Assembly: GCA_018657845.1 (NCBI GenBank)
Contig: JABHWJ010000013.1
Location: 1-50,625, forward strand
Direction: 5' to 3'
Source: Candidatus Woesearchaeota archaeon
GTDB lineage: Archaea > Nanobdellota > Nanobdellia > Woesearchaeales > GW2011-AR9
DNA length: 50,625 nt
This document shows positions 39,110-49,019 of this stretch, one piece after another. The notes beneath the pieces were generated by a model. It was not told the DNA's origin. It did no database searches and was given only the letters and a program-made list of their open reading frames with translations. The first letter of the stretch is position 1; each line of letters begins with the position of its first letter. Position numbers and translations under genes: made by a program.

Positions 39110-42100
39110 ATACTAAAAAACTGGTGACTTTATTTATCATTATGTTAATGGTAATGCTCCCAGTAGTTTCAGCTGTGGAAATTTCAGAAGTGGTGGTAAG
39201 GGATGTCACTGAAACTGGAGCAACAGTAGAATGGTTGACTGATGAAGAAGCTGATAGTGCAGTTGATTATGGTTTAGATAAAGAAAATTTTTCTAATGAA
39301 ATGAATGAAGAAGAGGTTTTAGAACATTCTGTGGCTTTGGTTGGTTTGGATTCTGGAAGTGATTATTATTTTAAGGTAATGAGTGGTGATGCAGAAGATG
39401 ACAATAGTGGAGATTTTTATTCATTCAAAACTTTAGAAGGAGAGGTTGTTGAGGAAGAAGGTTTTAAGTTAGAGATTGAAGTTCCAGAATATCTTGCAGA
39501 AGAAGAGGTTGATCTTACAGGGGTAGCTTCGGTAGGAAGTAAGGTTAAATTATATCTTGATGGGTTATTAGAAGGGATTGTAACTGTTAGTGAAGAAGGA
39601 ACTTTTGAATTTTTGGAAGTAGATTTGACGAGAAATGAGTGGAATACTTTATTGTTTTTAGCTAAGAGTGGAGAGGAGGAGATTAGTAAGGAGTTTAAGG
39701 TATTTGTAGATCTGAAGGCTCCACAGATAAGTTTGATTGGAGAGGTTCCTGAATTTCTTTTGGAAGCTGAATTAGCTATTAAGGGTAAGATCGGTGAGGA
39801 AGCCCAAGTAGTGGTTTTACTTAATGAACAAGAGGTTTATAATAATAAGACTAGTGAGTTTTTAGTTGATTTAACTTTGGTTGAGGGAGAGAATACCTTA
39901 TTAATTAGTGCAGAAGATTTAGCTGGAAATAAAGAATTTGTAGAAAGAACTATTTTATTAGACATGTCTGCTCCCGAAGTAAGTTTTGATTTTGAAAAAG
40001 GGATGGAATATTATCAAGGGAATGCAGAAACACAGATTTTTGGACAAACAGAAGCAGGAGCAAAATTATATCTTTATTATTTTAAACAAACAGCTTCTGG
40101 AAAAGATCCAGACTTTAGTAGGGCTTTTGGTGAAGCAACTGCCGATGAGAATGGAAGCTTTGTTTTTGACGAAGTAGATTTAGATCACCCGCCTACATTT
40201 ACTTTATTAGAGAAATTAGGCCCTAAACAAGTACCACAAGAATTATTAGAAGTAGAGATTTCTTCTTATGAAGGGGCAGATCAACAAGAAAATTGGATAA
40301 CTTATGTTTATGTTATTGCTGAAGACAAAGCAGGTAGGGTAGGTTATGCAGAGAAAACTATTCAGATTCATTCTTGTTTCTCTGGAGAGTTGAAGTTTAA
40401 TGTTATGCCATTGACTGAATTTCAGTTACCTAGACGTTTGGATCCAGATTTATTAGATGACGGAAGACAGGTTGTTACAATGGTTTTAGATTTAGATTAT
40501 TTGGGACAAGGTCAACCGTTAACAGATGCAAATGGGAATATTATTTCTGAAGGTTTTGAGATTAGTGATATTAATTTTAGAAAAGCTTGTACTCATGGAA
40601 TGATTGATGATGAGAGCACGGCATTAGCTTGTAAGATTTTGCCAGAGACTCCACAGAAAAAAGTTCCTAATGCCAATAAGGATGCTTGGTTTGTTCAATA
40701 TACTTTAAACTCTGCTGAAGATTTTAGTGAAAAGGAAGATGATTTTTGGAATGATTTTAAGAAAAGGCAAGTTGTGTTTCCAATAAAAGCAGAGATAAGT
40801 TATCGAGAAAGATTAGCCCCTGGACAACAAGGTTATAATTCTAATCAATATGGGGGACAACAGAGCCCATATAGTCAATATAGTCAATACAGTGGTTCTG
40901 GAAGTAGTCTTTATGGAGGTAGTAGTTATGGAAGCGCATATGGCAGTAATTATGGTAACAATGTTTATGGAAGCCAATTATATGGTCCTTTGAAAACACA
41001 AACGGTTTGTTTAAATCCTGGTTATTTCGTAGATATTCCAATTGATAGTGAAGATTTAATTCCCGATTGGTTGGCTGATGATGGAGTTAGAATTCTGAAT
41101 AATACAATAGAAACAATTGATACAATAAATGAATATTTGTATGATGCAATGGTTATTGCGGGAGTTACTTGCGGAGCGAGTTTTATATTGAGGATGGCAG
41201 CTAGATGGTATAGGTTATTCCAACAGAAATGGGAACCTTATCTTTCAGAAGCTGAAAAACTTGCTGCGGCAGTAGGTGTAACTACAGGAGAAAAAGGCCA
41301 ATGTCCTTTGGATCAAGGTGGACTATTTGCTGATGACACAATTGCTAATTGGAAGAAGTTACAAAATAGTGATCATGCAGACAAGCAAACAGCTAATTTC
41401 CCAGAAAATTTAGATGATCTTAGTTTGAATCTGAAATTGAATTGTCCAAAAACTGCCAGTGCTTGGAAAATAGAAGATGGAATAGATCAAGTTTTCAAAT
41501 ATTCTTGTTATCGGGTGTTCTGTAAAGCGGCCCCCGCTAGATGGACTGAGGATAAAACAGAAACTAAGGTTCAAGCAACCATATTAAAGGGTCAGAGTTG
41601 TGGAGGAACAACTGGAAAAGGATTACCTCTACAGAAATTAGAAAATTGTGATAAAGAATTTACTTACATGAGTACTTCGTTGGGTTTGAAAGGAATCCAG
41701 CAAACTGGGACTGAAAACTTGAGAGATTGTTGGAAAGGTCCTAATGGAGTAATCTATTTTTATTTTAAGCAGAAGAATACAAATGTAGATGAACGAAATA
41801 AAGGGATATATCATTTAACACCATTAGATCATATTACTGGTTCTTTTGGAGATATTCCTGCAGATGATTTAGTTGTTTATCAACCAAAAGGTTCAGATAA
41901 TTATATTGTGGGGGTAGATGACACTTGTAATAATCTTTGTAAAAGGACTCCTGGATTTGAGGCTTTGAAAAAGGGACAAGGTTTAACTAAAGCTTGTAAG
42001 TTAGAGAAAAAAGACGGTTCTATTGAAGTGAATACTGGAGAATTTACTGCAGGATATACTAAAGATTGTTTTATTAATGAAAAAACAAAAACTTTACAGC

Positions 42101-44526
42101 AGTGTATCTGTGTGGGAGCTGAAGAGAAACAAGAAACTTATGCGGCGAGAACGGCATTAAGGGCGGATGGAAATAATGTCGAAGAGTGGTCTTATCGACA
42201 AGATCGGATTTTCCAAGAATCTAATGAACAACAAGGAACTTATTACCCAAAATGGAGATATTATGGGGGAAGAGATTTCCCAGCTAGTTTTGGTTTAAAC
42301 CATTTATTAGATTATACGCGTCCAGATAATGAGGAGATTGCAGAAGTCAATCCAAATACTCAACATATTGGGGCAGTGCAAAGTTTGTGCATTAGTGGAG
42401 TGTACAATAGGTTAAAATTATTAAGAGACACTTTAGATTATGTGGCACAGTGTATTACTGATGCGAAACATAATAGTATAAATGATGCAGGAATTTGTAA
42501 ACATTTAATGAGTCAATATGTTTGTGGTTTGGTATACAAGATAATTGCATATGCTGCTAAAGGATGTTTACCAATAACTTTTAGTGATGAAGAATCTAAG
42601 GGTAGTTTTGATAAATTAGGAAAAGGAATAGAACTTGGAATTGGTTCTCTTTATGAAACAGTAGATACTTCTTTTGAAGATTTGAAAAGTGAGTTTGGTA
42701 ATGCTAAATTAAATGAATTTGTATCTGGAGGAGTAGAAGGTTTTACTCGATCGGTGTGTATGGCAGCATTGGGTTATGATTGGGTTTTTGATATGGATTT
42801 CTTAATGGATGCAGCTTATGCAACTCCATTTAAGACAACTGCCTTAGTGATACCAGAAAGAGAATTAGTATCTTATGATCCAACTCAGAAATCAGCTATC
42901 TATAGTTATAGCTTGGGAGCGTCATTATTTCCGGGATGTGATATCCGAAGTTGGAATGTTAAATTGAAATGTGTGGGTCCAGAAGACATGGGCAAGCCAG
43001 GAGTAGATTGTACCCAACAAGGCTGTGACTGTGCGAAGATCTCAGGAGCTTCTCCATTCTCTTACGATCGGGAAAGGATAATGGAGGGTGGAACTGGATT
43101 TGATGTAAGTGCCGGAGGATATGCTAGTTTACCTGTACCTTCGCCACAAATTATTACTAGCCAATATAGATATGATCACGTTGTAGTAGAGTTGATGTTA
43201 GAGCAATATGCAGATCCATCGACTTGTTTTGATGAAGGATATTTCACTGGAAATGTAGGGAGATTCTATTTCCCAGTTGTAGAAGTTGGAAGTGAGCCAA
43301 GTGTGGATTGTAATGTTGATTTAGAGTCAGGTAGATTTATTTGTAGTGGGTTGTCTGAGTTTTTTAGTACCGGAGCAGGTTACTTTGAATGGCCATTTGT
43401 GGATTGTGCAAATCAGGAATCGGGAGGGTATGTTGCATGTAATAGTCCAAATGGAATTATAAAAGGAGATCCCTTAATTATAAGACCACACATAACTACT
43501 GATGGGACGCAAGATTTGTGTATGTATATGACTTTAAATGGAGGTCCACAATCAATCACGAAAGTAGGAAAGATTCCTAAATTAAATGTGGGGTCAATAA
43601 GTCCTACTTATTCTTTTAGTCCAAGTTTAGATAATAGTTGGTTTGTGGGAGGGTTAGGAGAGAATATTTTCTTGGACCAGGGAACAAGTAATCTTGGGTG
43701 TAATGATGCACTTGCAAAGGAGAAAACTGGTGATCCAATAAAGTCTAATGGGGTATTTTCTGTATCTTTTACAGGAGGAAGTATTGCTGGAACTTTTAAA
43801 GTGAAGGTGGGTGCGACTGTTGAAACTCCAGGTTATACAAAAAGTGAAGAACTCTTGATTAACCCTGCCAATAGTGGGCAAGATTTTAATGTTAATCAAA
43901 TAAATCAAATACCCTTTGTGGTAGGCGGATATAAAATTAAAAACATTTTGAAGAGTACTTTTGTAGGGCCGAATGGGAAGTGTACTTGGAAGACGCAATC
44001 AGCTAACACTCCTGGGATGCAAACAACTGGGACGAAGACATTAACATTAAGTATGGAATTAAGGTATCCTGGATTGGGAGGAAGTTGCGAATTAGGAGTT
44101 ACTACCAAAATACCAGGTTCACAATTTGGAGTTACAGGACATCAACAACCAATAGTAATTCAGGAATCTAAAATATCTTTGGTTAGCCAAGATGTCCAAG
44201 AAACTTATGATTACTTTTTGGCAGGATCATATGCAGATACTTTTACTCGAGCAATTAATATGGTCCAAGGCAATGAGGGAGGAGAGAAGGAAATCCATGC
44301 TTATTATTTGGCTGTTGCGGCGAGAGTTTTACAAGGGGCAAATCAAGCAGAGAATACAAATCCTAAAGCGTATAAAGATGAAGTTGTTGGTTTGATTACC
44401 CAGTTTGCTAATGAAAATTATGGTCCAGAGATTAAAGGAAGGAATGATTACAAGAAAATAGCTGCGTATATGAAGGAGATTGGGAACGCTTTTGGAGTAA
44501 GTGGGGATATTTTGTCTAAAATTTGA
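39106..44526 (+). CDS. 1806-aa secreted protein: FN3-like domain, Ig-like repeats, Cys-rich body
   Basis: Signal peptide VVSA|VE; ATVEWLTDE..S.V.YG..H.V.L.GL...YYFKV.S (FN3-like); D..AP and EGEN...AEDLAGN Ig repeats; internal hydrophobic segment; ATGA overlap. Confidence 0.85.
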   Translation: MNTKKLVTLFIIMLMVMLPVVSAVEISEVVVRDVTETGATVEWLTDEEADSAVDYGLDKENFSNEMNEEEVLEHSVALVGLDSGSDYYFKVMSGDAEDDNSGDFYSFKTLEGEVVEEEGFKLEIEVPEYLAEEEVDLTGVASVGSKVKLYLDGLLEGIVTVSEEGTFEFLEVDLTRNEWNTLLFLAKSGEEEISKEFKVFVDLKAPQISLIGEVPEFLLEAELAIKGKIGEEAQVVVLLNEQEVYNNKTSEFLVDLTLVEGENTLLISAEDLAGNKEFVERTILLDMSAPEVSFDFEKGMEYYQGNAETQIFGQTEAGAKLYLYYFKQTASGKDPDFSRAFGEATADENGSFVFDEVDLDHPPTFTLLEKLGPKQVPQELLEVEISSYEGADQQENWITYVYVIAEDKAGRVGYAEKTIQIHSCFSGELKFNVMPLTEFQLPRRLDPDLLDDGRQVVTMVLDLDYLGQGQPLTDANGNIISEGFEISDINFRKACTHGMIDDESTALACKILPETPQKKVPNANKDAWFVQYTLNSAEDFSEKEDDFWNDFKKRQVVFPIKAEISYRERLAPGQQGYNSNQYGGQQSPYSQYSQYSGSGSSLYGGSSYGSAYGSNYGNNVYGSQLYGPLKTQTVCLNPGYFVDIPIDSEDLIPDWLADDGVRILNNTIETIDTINEYLYDAMVIAGVTCGASFILRMAARWYRLFQQKWEPYLSEAEKLAAAVGVTTGEKGQCPLDQGGLFADDTIANWKKLQNSDHADKQTANFPENLDDLSLNLKLNCPKTASAWKIEDGIDQVFKYSCYRVFCKAAPARWTEDKTETKVQATILKGQSCGGTTGKGLPLQKLENCDKEFTYMSTSLGLKGIQQTGTENLRDCWKGPNGVIYFYFKQKNTNVDERNKGIYHLTPLDHITGSFGDIPADDLVVYQPKGSDNYIVGVDDTCNNLCKRTPGFEALKKGQGLTKACKLEKKDGSIEVNTGEFTAGYTKDCFINEKTKTLQQCICVGAEEKQETYAARTALRADGNNVEEWSYRQDRIFQESNEQQGTYYPKWRYYGGRDFPASFGLNHLLDYTRPDNEEIAEVNPNTQHIGAVQSLCISGVYNRLKLLRDTLDYVAQCITDAKHNSINDAGICKHLMSQYVCGLVYKIIAYAAKGCLPITFSDEESKGSFDKLGKGIELGIGSLYETVDTSFEDLKSEFGNAKLNEFVSGGVEGFTRSVCMAALGYDWVFDMDFLMDAAYATPFKTTALVIPERELVSYDPTQKSAIYSYSLGASLFPGCDIRSWNVKLKCVGPEDMGKPGVDCTQQGCDCAKISGASPFSYDRERIMEGGTGFDVSAGGYASLPVPSPQIITSQYRYDHVVVELMLEQYADPSTCFDEGYFTGNVGRFYFPVVEVGSEPSVDCNVDLESGRFICSGLSEFFSTGAGYFEWPFVDCANQESGGYVACNSPNGIIKGDPLIIRPHITTDGTQDLCMYMTLNGGPQSITKVGKIPKLNVGSISPTYSFSPSLDNSWFVGGLGENIFLDQGTSNLGCNDALAKEKTGDPIKSNGVFSVSFTGGSIAGTFKVKVGATVETPGYTKSEELLINPANSGQDFNVNQINQIPFVVGGYKIKNILKSTFVGPNGKCTWKTQSANTPGMQTTGTKTLTLSMELRYPGLGGSCELGVTTKIPGSQFGVTGHQQPIVIQESKISLVSQDVQETYDYFLAGSYADTFTRAINMVQGNEGGEKEIHAYYLAVAARVLQGANQAENTNPKAYKDEVVGLITQFANENYGPEIKGRNDYKKIAAYMKEIGNAFGVSGDILSKI

Positions 44527-44554
44527 TAATTTAATATTTGTTTAATTTAATAAA

Positions 44555-45082
44555 ATGAGAGAAAAAAGAGGGAAGGCGAGGACGATTGTATTGTTATTAC
44601 TATTTTTAATAGTGTTCTTGGTATTGATATATGGTGGTTATTTTTATAAATTAATGGAAAAAGAGAAAGTAGAATTGGACGAAGATTTAGGATTGGGAGA
44701 AGAACCAGATATTGGAGAGGTAACTGATTCTGAGGAGCCTGAAGTGGTGGAAGATGTTTCAGAAGAATCTGAAGAAACTTTAGTCGGATGTAATAAACAT
44801 CTTGAGGAATTAAATTGTGTTAAAGAGGGTTGTTTGTGGGAAAGTGATTTAATTTTATGTTATGATTACGGAGAGATTGAAGAAGAGTGTAGTTTTAGTG
44901 AGAGTGAAAATGATTGTTTGTTGTTTGGTTGTATTTGGAATGAAAAAGATCTTTCTTGTGAGGAATTTGAAGAGACGTCTGATGTTTTAGGTTGTTTTGA
45001 TTTTATTGATAAGCAGAATTGTGAGGCAGAGAATTGTTTTTGGGATGCAATAGAAGAACTGTGTGAGGAAAGAGAAATATGA
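44555..45082 (+). CDS. Membrane-anchored acidic protein with three C-x8-C-x4-C-x-W-x6-C repeats
   Basis: KRG plus TM; repeats CNKH..CLW, CSFS..CIW, CFDF..CFW. Confidence 0.8.
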   Translation: MREKRGKARTIVLLLLFLIVFLVLIYGGYFYKLMEKEKVELDEDLGLGEEPDIGEVTDSEEPEVVEDVSEESEETLVGCNKHLEELNCVKEGCLWESDLILCYDYGEIEEECSFSESENDCLLFGCIWNEKDLSCEEFEETSDVLGCFDFIDKQNCEAENCFWDAIEELCEEREI

Positions 45083-48000
45083 AGAAAGGATTTTTATTAA
45101 TGTTTTTTTTTGGGTTGTTTTTTTTAAGTGCAGGATTAGTTCAGGCAATAATTCCTTATTCAATTTTGGTTCAAGACTGTGATCCGTATATGCTTAGTGA
45201 GACTGGATGTGCTACTAATGATCTTACTGAAGACGTTTATTATTTTTATGATGAAGTGGAGAGGAGTTGGAAGTATCAATTAGACTCTGGACTTACTTTA
45301 GGGACTGGAGAATGGTTAGAATTAAATGAGATCTCTATAGATATACAAGATAATGTTTTTGATCCAGGGATTGAAAGTTGTGGACAACATGATTTTATTT
45401 ATCGTGAATATTGTTGGCTTAATAATTTTTTGATAGAAGCGCATGAAGATTCAATAGAATGGTTGTATGATTCTGAAGAAGCTTATGATCCAGTTTATTT
45501 AGATGGGTTAGATGTAATCTGTAAATGGCATCGACAAGAGGAAATAGATTCTGGACCTTGGTCGCCTGCCACTGGTCTCAACCGCCCATTTGAAGGGAAG
45601 ATTTTTTTTGTTCCTGAATTATTAGAAACAGAATATCCAGTGGAAAAAATATTATATCCTGGGGAGGATTTGGGAGTTGTTACTACTGCGTTTGCATGTG
45701 ATAATTCTCAAATGAAATTAAAACAAGAAGAAGAATTAAATTTTGAATTTTCTAGTTTGGGCCAATATTGTGATTATTCTTTTGAATGCGAAACGGGAGT
45801 TTGTGCAGATGGGGTTTGTTGTGATCAGAAATGTGATTGGGGGTGTTCATCTTGTGCTTCAGAAGGAAACGAAGGATCTTGTGTTCAAAAACCAGAAAAC
45901 ACAACTTGCGGAAATGGTAAAATTTGTACTCTAGAAGGAGAGTGTAAAAAAGAGTTGGGAGTGAAATGTAGTCTAGGAGAAGAGTGTTTAAGTGGTAATT
46001 GCAACAGCGGGGTTTGTTGTAACGTAGAATGTGAAGGTGGTTGTGAGTATTGCAATAAGCCTGGAAAGGTGGGGACTTGTATTTTTAGATATAGTGGTTA
46101 TCCTGGGTTAGATTATTGTCCAGCTGGAGAAGTTTGTGATGGTTATGGTGGATGTAAAGAAGGAAAAGTTGTGTGGTTGGCAAACGAACAAGATGTTCCT
46201 CCGGAAGAAGAGTTCACTGATGAAGTGATTATAGATGATCCCGAAAGTGTAAACTATTTGTGTAAGAATTGTTATGTTACTCCTTATCAAGAAACTGAGG
46301 CGGTTGGAAAGGCATCGGATGGTTTTTTATTGAATGGAGTTAGATTGTTACTCAATGACCCTAGTTCTCCTTATCTATCTGCTAGAAAAAATAATTATGG
46401 TACAATAGAATTAATCAGATCTTTAGAAGCAGCCTCTTGTTATATGAATCAGAATTTTGGGGGAGTAAAATTACAGATAAACGATTTGAGTAAAGAGAAA
46501 GGGGGAGAAATATCTGGACATGCTAGTCACGAGAGTGGGTTGGATGTAGATACTGGAATATTTACTTTTTCTAACGGGAATTTTGAAGGAGAATTAAGTA
46601 AGAAATGTTTATCTGAGATTGTTGTTGAAGTTAATTCTGAAGGAAAGGAAGTGAAGAAAGTTGGTTGTAAGGCGGGAAAGGTTTATGATTCTTTTAATAA
46701 TCCAGAAGCCTTAAGAGCCAATTGGGAATTTTTGAAAAAGTTAAATCAAATTTATGATGTACAATTTATTTTCTTGGATAAAGAATTGATAAATCCAATT
46801 AAAAAATATGCCACTTCTATTGGCGAAGGGCATCTTTGGGGGGAAGTAGGAGGTGTGCTTAAACATTGGCCCAATCACCATCATCATTATCACATCAGAT
46901 TAAAGTGTCCACTTGGAGATAAAAAGTGTAAGGGTGCAGGAGCGGTTAAGGAAACCCCCTGTGAAAGTGTTGATGAAGAAATAAATAATTGTGAAAGCAC
47001 TTTCAAAAAAGAAGGTTTTCAATGTATGTTTAAGGGAAGTGAAGGAGATGCAATTACTTCTGGATGTAAAGTTACAGAAGCATGTTATGGTGGAGAATGT
47101 TGTTCAGCAGGAGATTATTGTTGTCCAATCAGTGGAGAGAAAGGAAAATTAGTAGGGAAAGAATTAGATGAGACCGCAGTAATTGTAGAAAGTTTAGAGT
47201 GGAAAGAAACTAATGTTGAAGGGGCGGATTTGTATATTTATGAAACTCAATGTAAATCTAAATTAAATGAGTTGAATGATAGGGTTGAGGGGATTGTGTT
47301 ACCTAAAGGATTAGCTAAAGAGTCTACCTTAGGAGAGGTATGTGCAGATGCTTCATTTGAAACAATGATAATTGGAAGTCTTCCATATCCGACAAATCTT
47401 AAAAAATGGGAAGATGCAATAAAAGCAGAAGGCTTACCTGGAAAAACATGGATGGGGAAATTAGATTCTAATGGTCCAACTGATGAAAAGTTCATGGAAG
47501 ATGTTGGAAGAGATTCTTTGCTTTTTATTCCATGTACTACTGATTTAAGTCAACCCTTAGAAATATTTTATTTTTTGCATGGAAATAGGGGATTTGGTGG
47601 TCCAAAAGATTTGAATGATTTTAAAACTAGGGCGGCTCCTAAAATTAAGGAAATGGGTTTAGATGGAAGAAATATTATTTGGGTGATTCCGGAATTACCT
47701 TGGTCTTCAGGAGACGAATCTAAGCAAGCGCTAGCTAAAGGAACTGGAAGGGCAATTCCTAAGAGGCAAAAAAGTCTTTTGGCAAAGGGAAATTTGGAAG
47801 GAATAGACTTTGTTCAATTTCATCAAGATATCATGGTGATTATAGAAGAGCTTGAACCAAGTTTTGATGAAAGTTTAGTTACTTATATTTCTATGGCTGG
47901 TCACAGTGCAGGAGGAGCGGCCTTATGGTGGGCAGCAGAAAGTGGGGCTTTAGAAACTTTAGCAGTTAATAAAATAACTTTTTCTGATGCCGATTATTTT

Positions 48001-49017
48001 GGTGGAGCGAAAAAAGTATGGGCGAAGTATTTTGGTGGAGGAAAAGTTCCAGGGGGACTGGGAGCAGAAATTGGAGCAGAATTAAACTTGTTAGTTCAGG
48101 ATCCTAGCAACAGGGGTGCCCATAATCCTACAGCTTCGGCGTTGAGTTTTATTAAAAAATGGAAAGGAAATCTTCCAGATAATATTAATTATGTTCCTTT
48201 AAAGATGAAGCATAGGCCAATTGGGAAATATTCCTTATCTTGGGTTAGTGATAATCCTCCTATTGAGGCTGTAGATATTCCTTATGTCAATAGAGAAATA
48301 ATTGAAGATGGTTCTAAAAAAGAAGTAAAAGTTTATTTTTATTTTCATGGTAATACTAAATCTACCCAGAGTAAGAGTTTTGTAGAAAGTTATGTAGAAA
48401 ATTATGATCTGTTAGAAAATATGGCTGGGTTAGAAGAAAAGACTGGAGAGAAAGGAGTTTTGGTTGTGTTGAAAGGAGCTTCTCCTAACAGTGTGGGAAA
48501 TTCTGGACAGTGGATGAAAGGGACAAGAGGAGATGAATCTTGGTTTAGTTGTTTTTATGATGAAGCTTTAGTGAAGTTAGATGATTTGGGTTTAAAGCCT
48601 ACTTCAATGAGGTTGATGTCTCATAGTGCAGGGGGTAAGGCGATTAGGAATATTGTTAATTCTGGGTTTTTGGGCGAATCGGGATTGTTGCCTTTAGAAT
48701 CTGTATCTTATTATGATTCTTGTTATGGGGGTTGGTGTAGTGATGTTATGGATGAAATTGTGGATGAAGAAGCAGAGATTTTTGCTATCTGGTCTCCAGA
48801 AGGAGCTTCTCCCCAGAATAAGGTTTCAGCATTTAGTTTTTTGACTGGGATGAGTAAGGAAGAAGTGAAAGGAATGAAAAATGGAGATGTATATGAAGGA
48901 AAGGAAGGATTTGAAAATACTGTTTATGCTGTTAAGGTAGAAGAGTCTCATGGAGATGTAGTGAGGAAATGTTTTTACAACTATATTTCTGATGGGGAAT
49001 GTGAGGCGGCTAGTTAA
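45079..49017 (+). CDS. Secreted multidomain hydrolase: Cys-rich repeats, MepA/M74 murein endopeptidase domain, two alpha/beta-hydrolase domains
   Basis: Signal LVQA|II; AVG....G.L.NG, YGT.EL, NDLS..GG, GHASHESGLDVD, WPNHHHHYHIRLKCP....C; then FLHG/GHSAGG/SDA and FHG/SHSAGG/YDS. Confidence 0.85.
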   Translation: MKKGFLLMFFFGLFFLSAGLVQAIIPYSILVQDCDPYMLSETGCATNDLTEDVYYFYDEVERSWKYQLDSGLTLGTGEWLELNEISIDIQDNVFDPGIESCGQHDFIYREYCWLNNFLIEAHEDSIEWLYDSEEAYDPVYLDGLDVICKWHRQEEIDSGPWSPATGLNRPFEGKIFFVPELLETEYPVEKILYPGEDLGVVTTAFACDNSQMKLKQEEELNFEFSSLGQYCDYSFECETGVCADGVCCDQKCDWGCSSCASEGNEGSCVQKPENTTCGNGKICTLEGECKKELGVKCSLGEECLSGNCNSGVCCNVECEGGCEYCNKPGKVGTCIFRYSGYPGLDYCPAGEVCDGYGGCKEGKVVWLANEQDVPPEEEFTDEVIIDDPESVNYLCKNCYVTPYQETEAVGKASDGFLLNGVRLLLNDPSSPYLSARKNNYGTIELIRSLEAASCYMNQNFGGVKLQINDLSKEKGGEISGHASHESGLDVDTGIFTFSNGNFEGELSKKCLSEIVVEVNSEGKEVKKVGCKAGKVYDSFNNPEALRANWEFLKKLNQIYDVQFIFLDKELINPIKKYATSIGEGHLWGEVGGVLKHWPNHHHHYHIRLKCPLGDKKCKGAGAVKETPCESVDEEINNCESTFKKEGFQCMFKGSEGDAITSGCKVTEACYGGECCSAGDYCCPISGEKGKLVGKELDETAVIVESLEWKETNVEGADLYIYETQCKSKLNELNDRVEGIVLPKGLAKESTLGEVCADASFETMIIGSLPYPTNLKKWEDAIKAEGLPGKTWMGKLDSNGPTDEKFMEDVGRDSLLFIPCTTDLSQPLEIFYFLHGNRGFGGPKDLNDFKTRAAPKIKEMGLDGRNIIWVIPELPWSSGDESKQALAKGTGRAIPKRQKSLLAKGNLEGIDFVQFHQDIMVIIEELEPSFDESLVTYISMAGHSAGGAALWWAAESGALETLAVNKITFSDADYFGGAKKVWAKYFGGGKVPGGLGAEIGAELNLLVQDPSNRGAHNPTASALSFIKKWKGNLPDNINYVPLKMKHRPIGKYSLSWVSDNPPIEAVDIPYVNREIIEDGSKKEVKVYFYFHGNTKSTQSKSFVESYVENYDLLENMAGLEEKTGEKGVLVVLKGASPNSVGNSGQWMKGTRGDESWFSCFYDEALVKLDDLGLKPTSMRLMSHSAGGKAIRNIVNSGFLGESGLLPLESVSYYDSCYGGWCSDVMDEIVDEEAEIFAIWSPEGASPQNKVSAFSFLTGMSKEEVKGMKNGDVYEGKEGFENTVYAVKVEESHGDVVRKCFYNYISDGECEAAS

Positions 49018-49019
49018 AG

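Noticed and set aside
46876-46893. HHHHYH as a separate His-rich metal-binding tract
   Set aside because: It is the H-x2-H-x-H catalytic segment of the MepA domain, matching HHDHYH in the paralog
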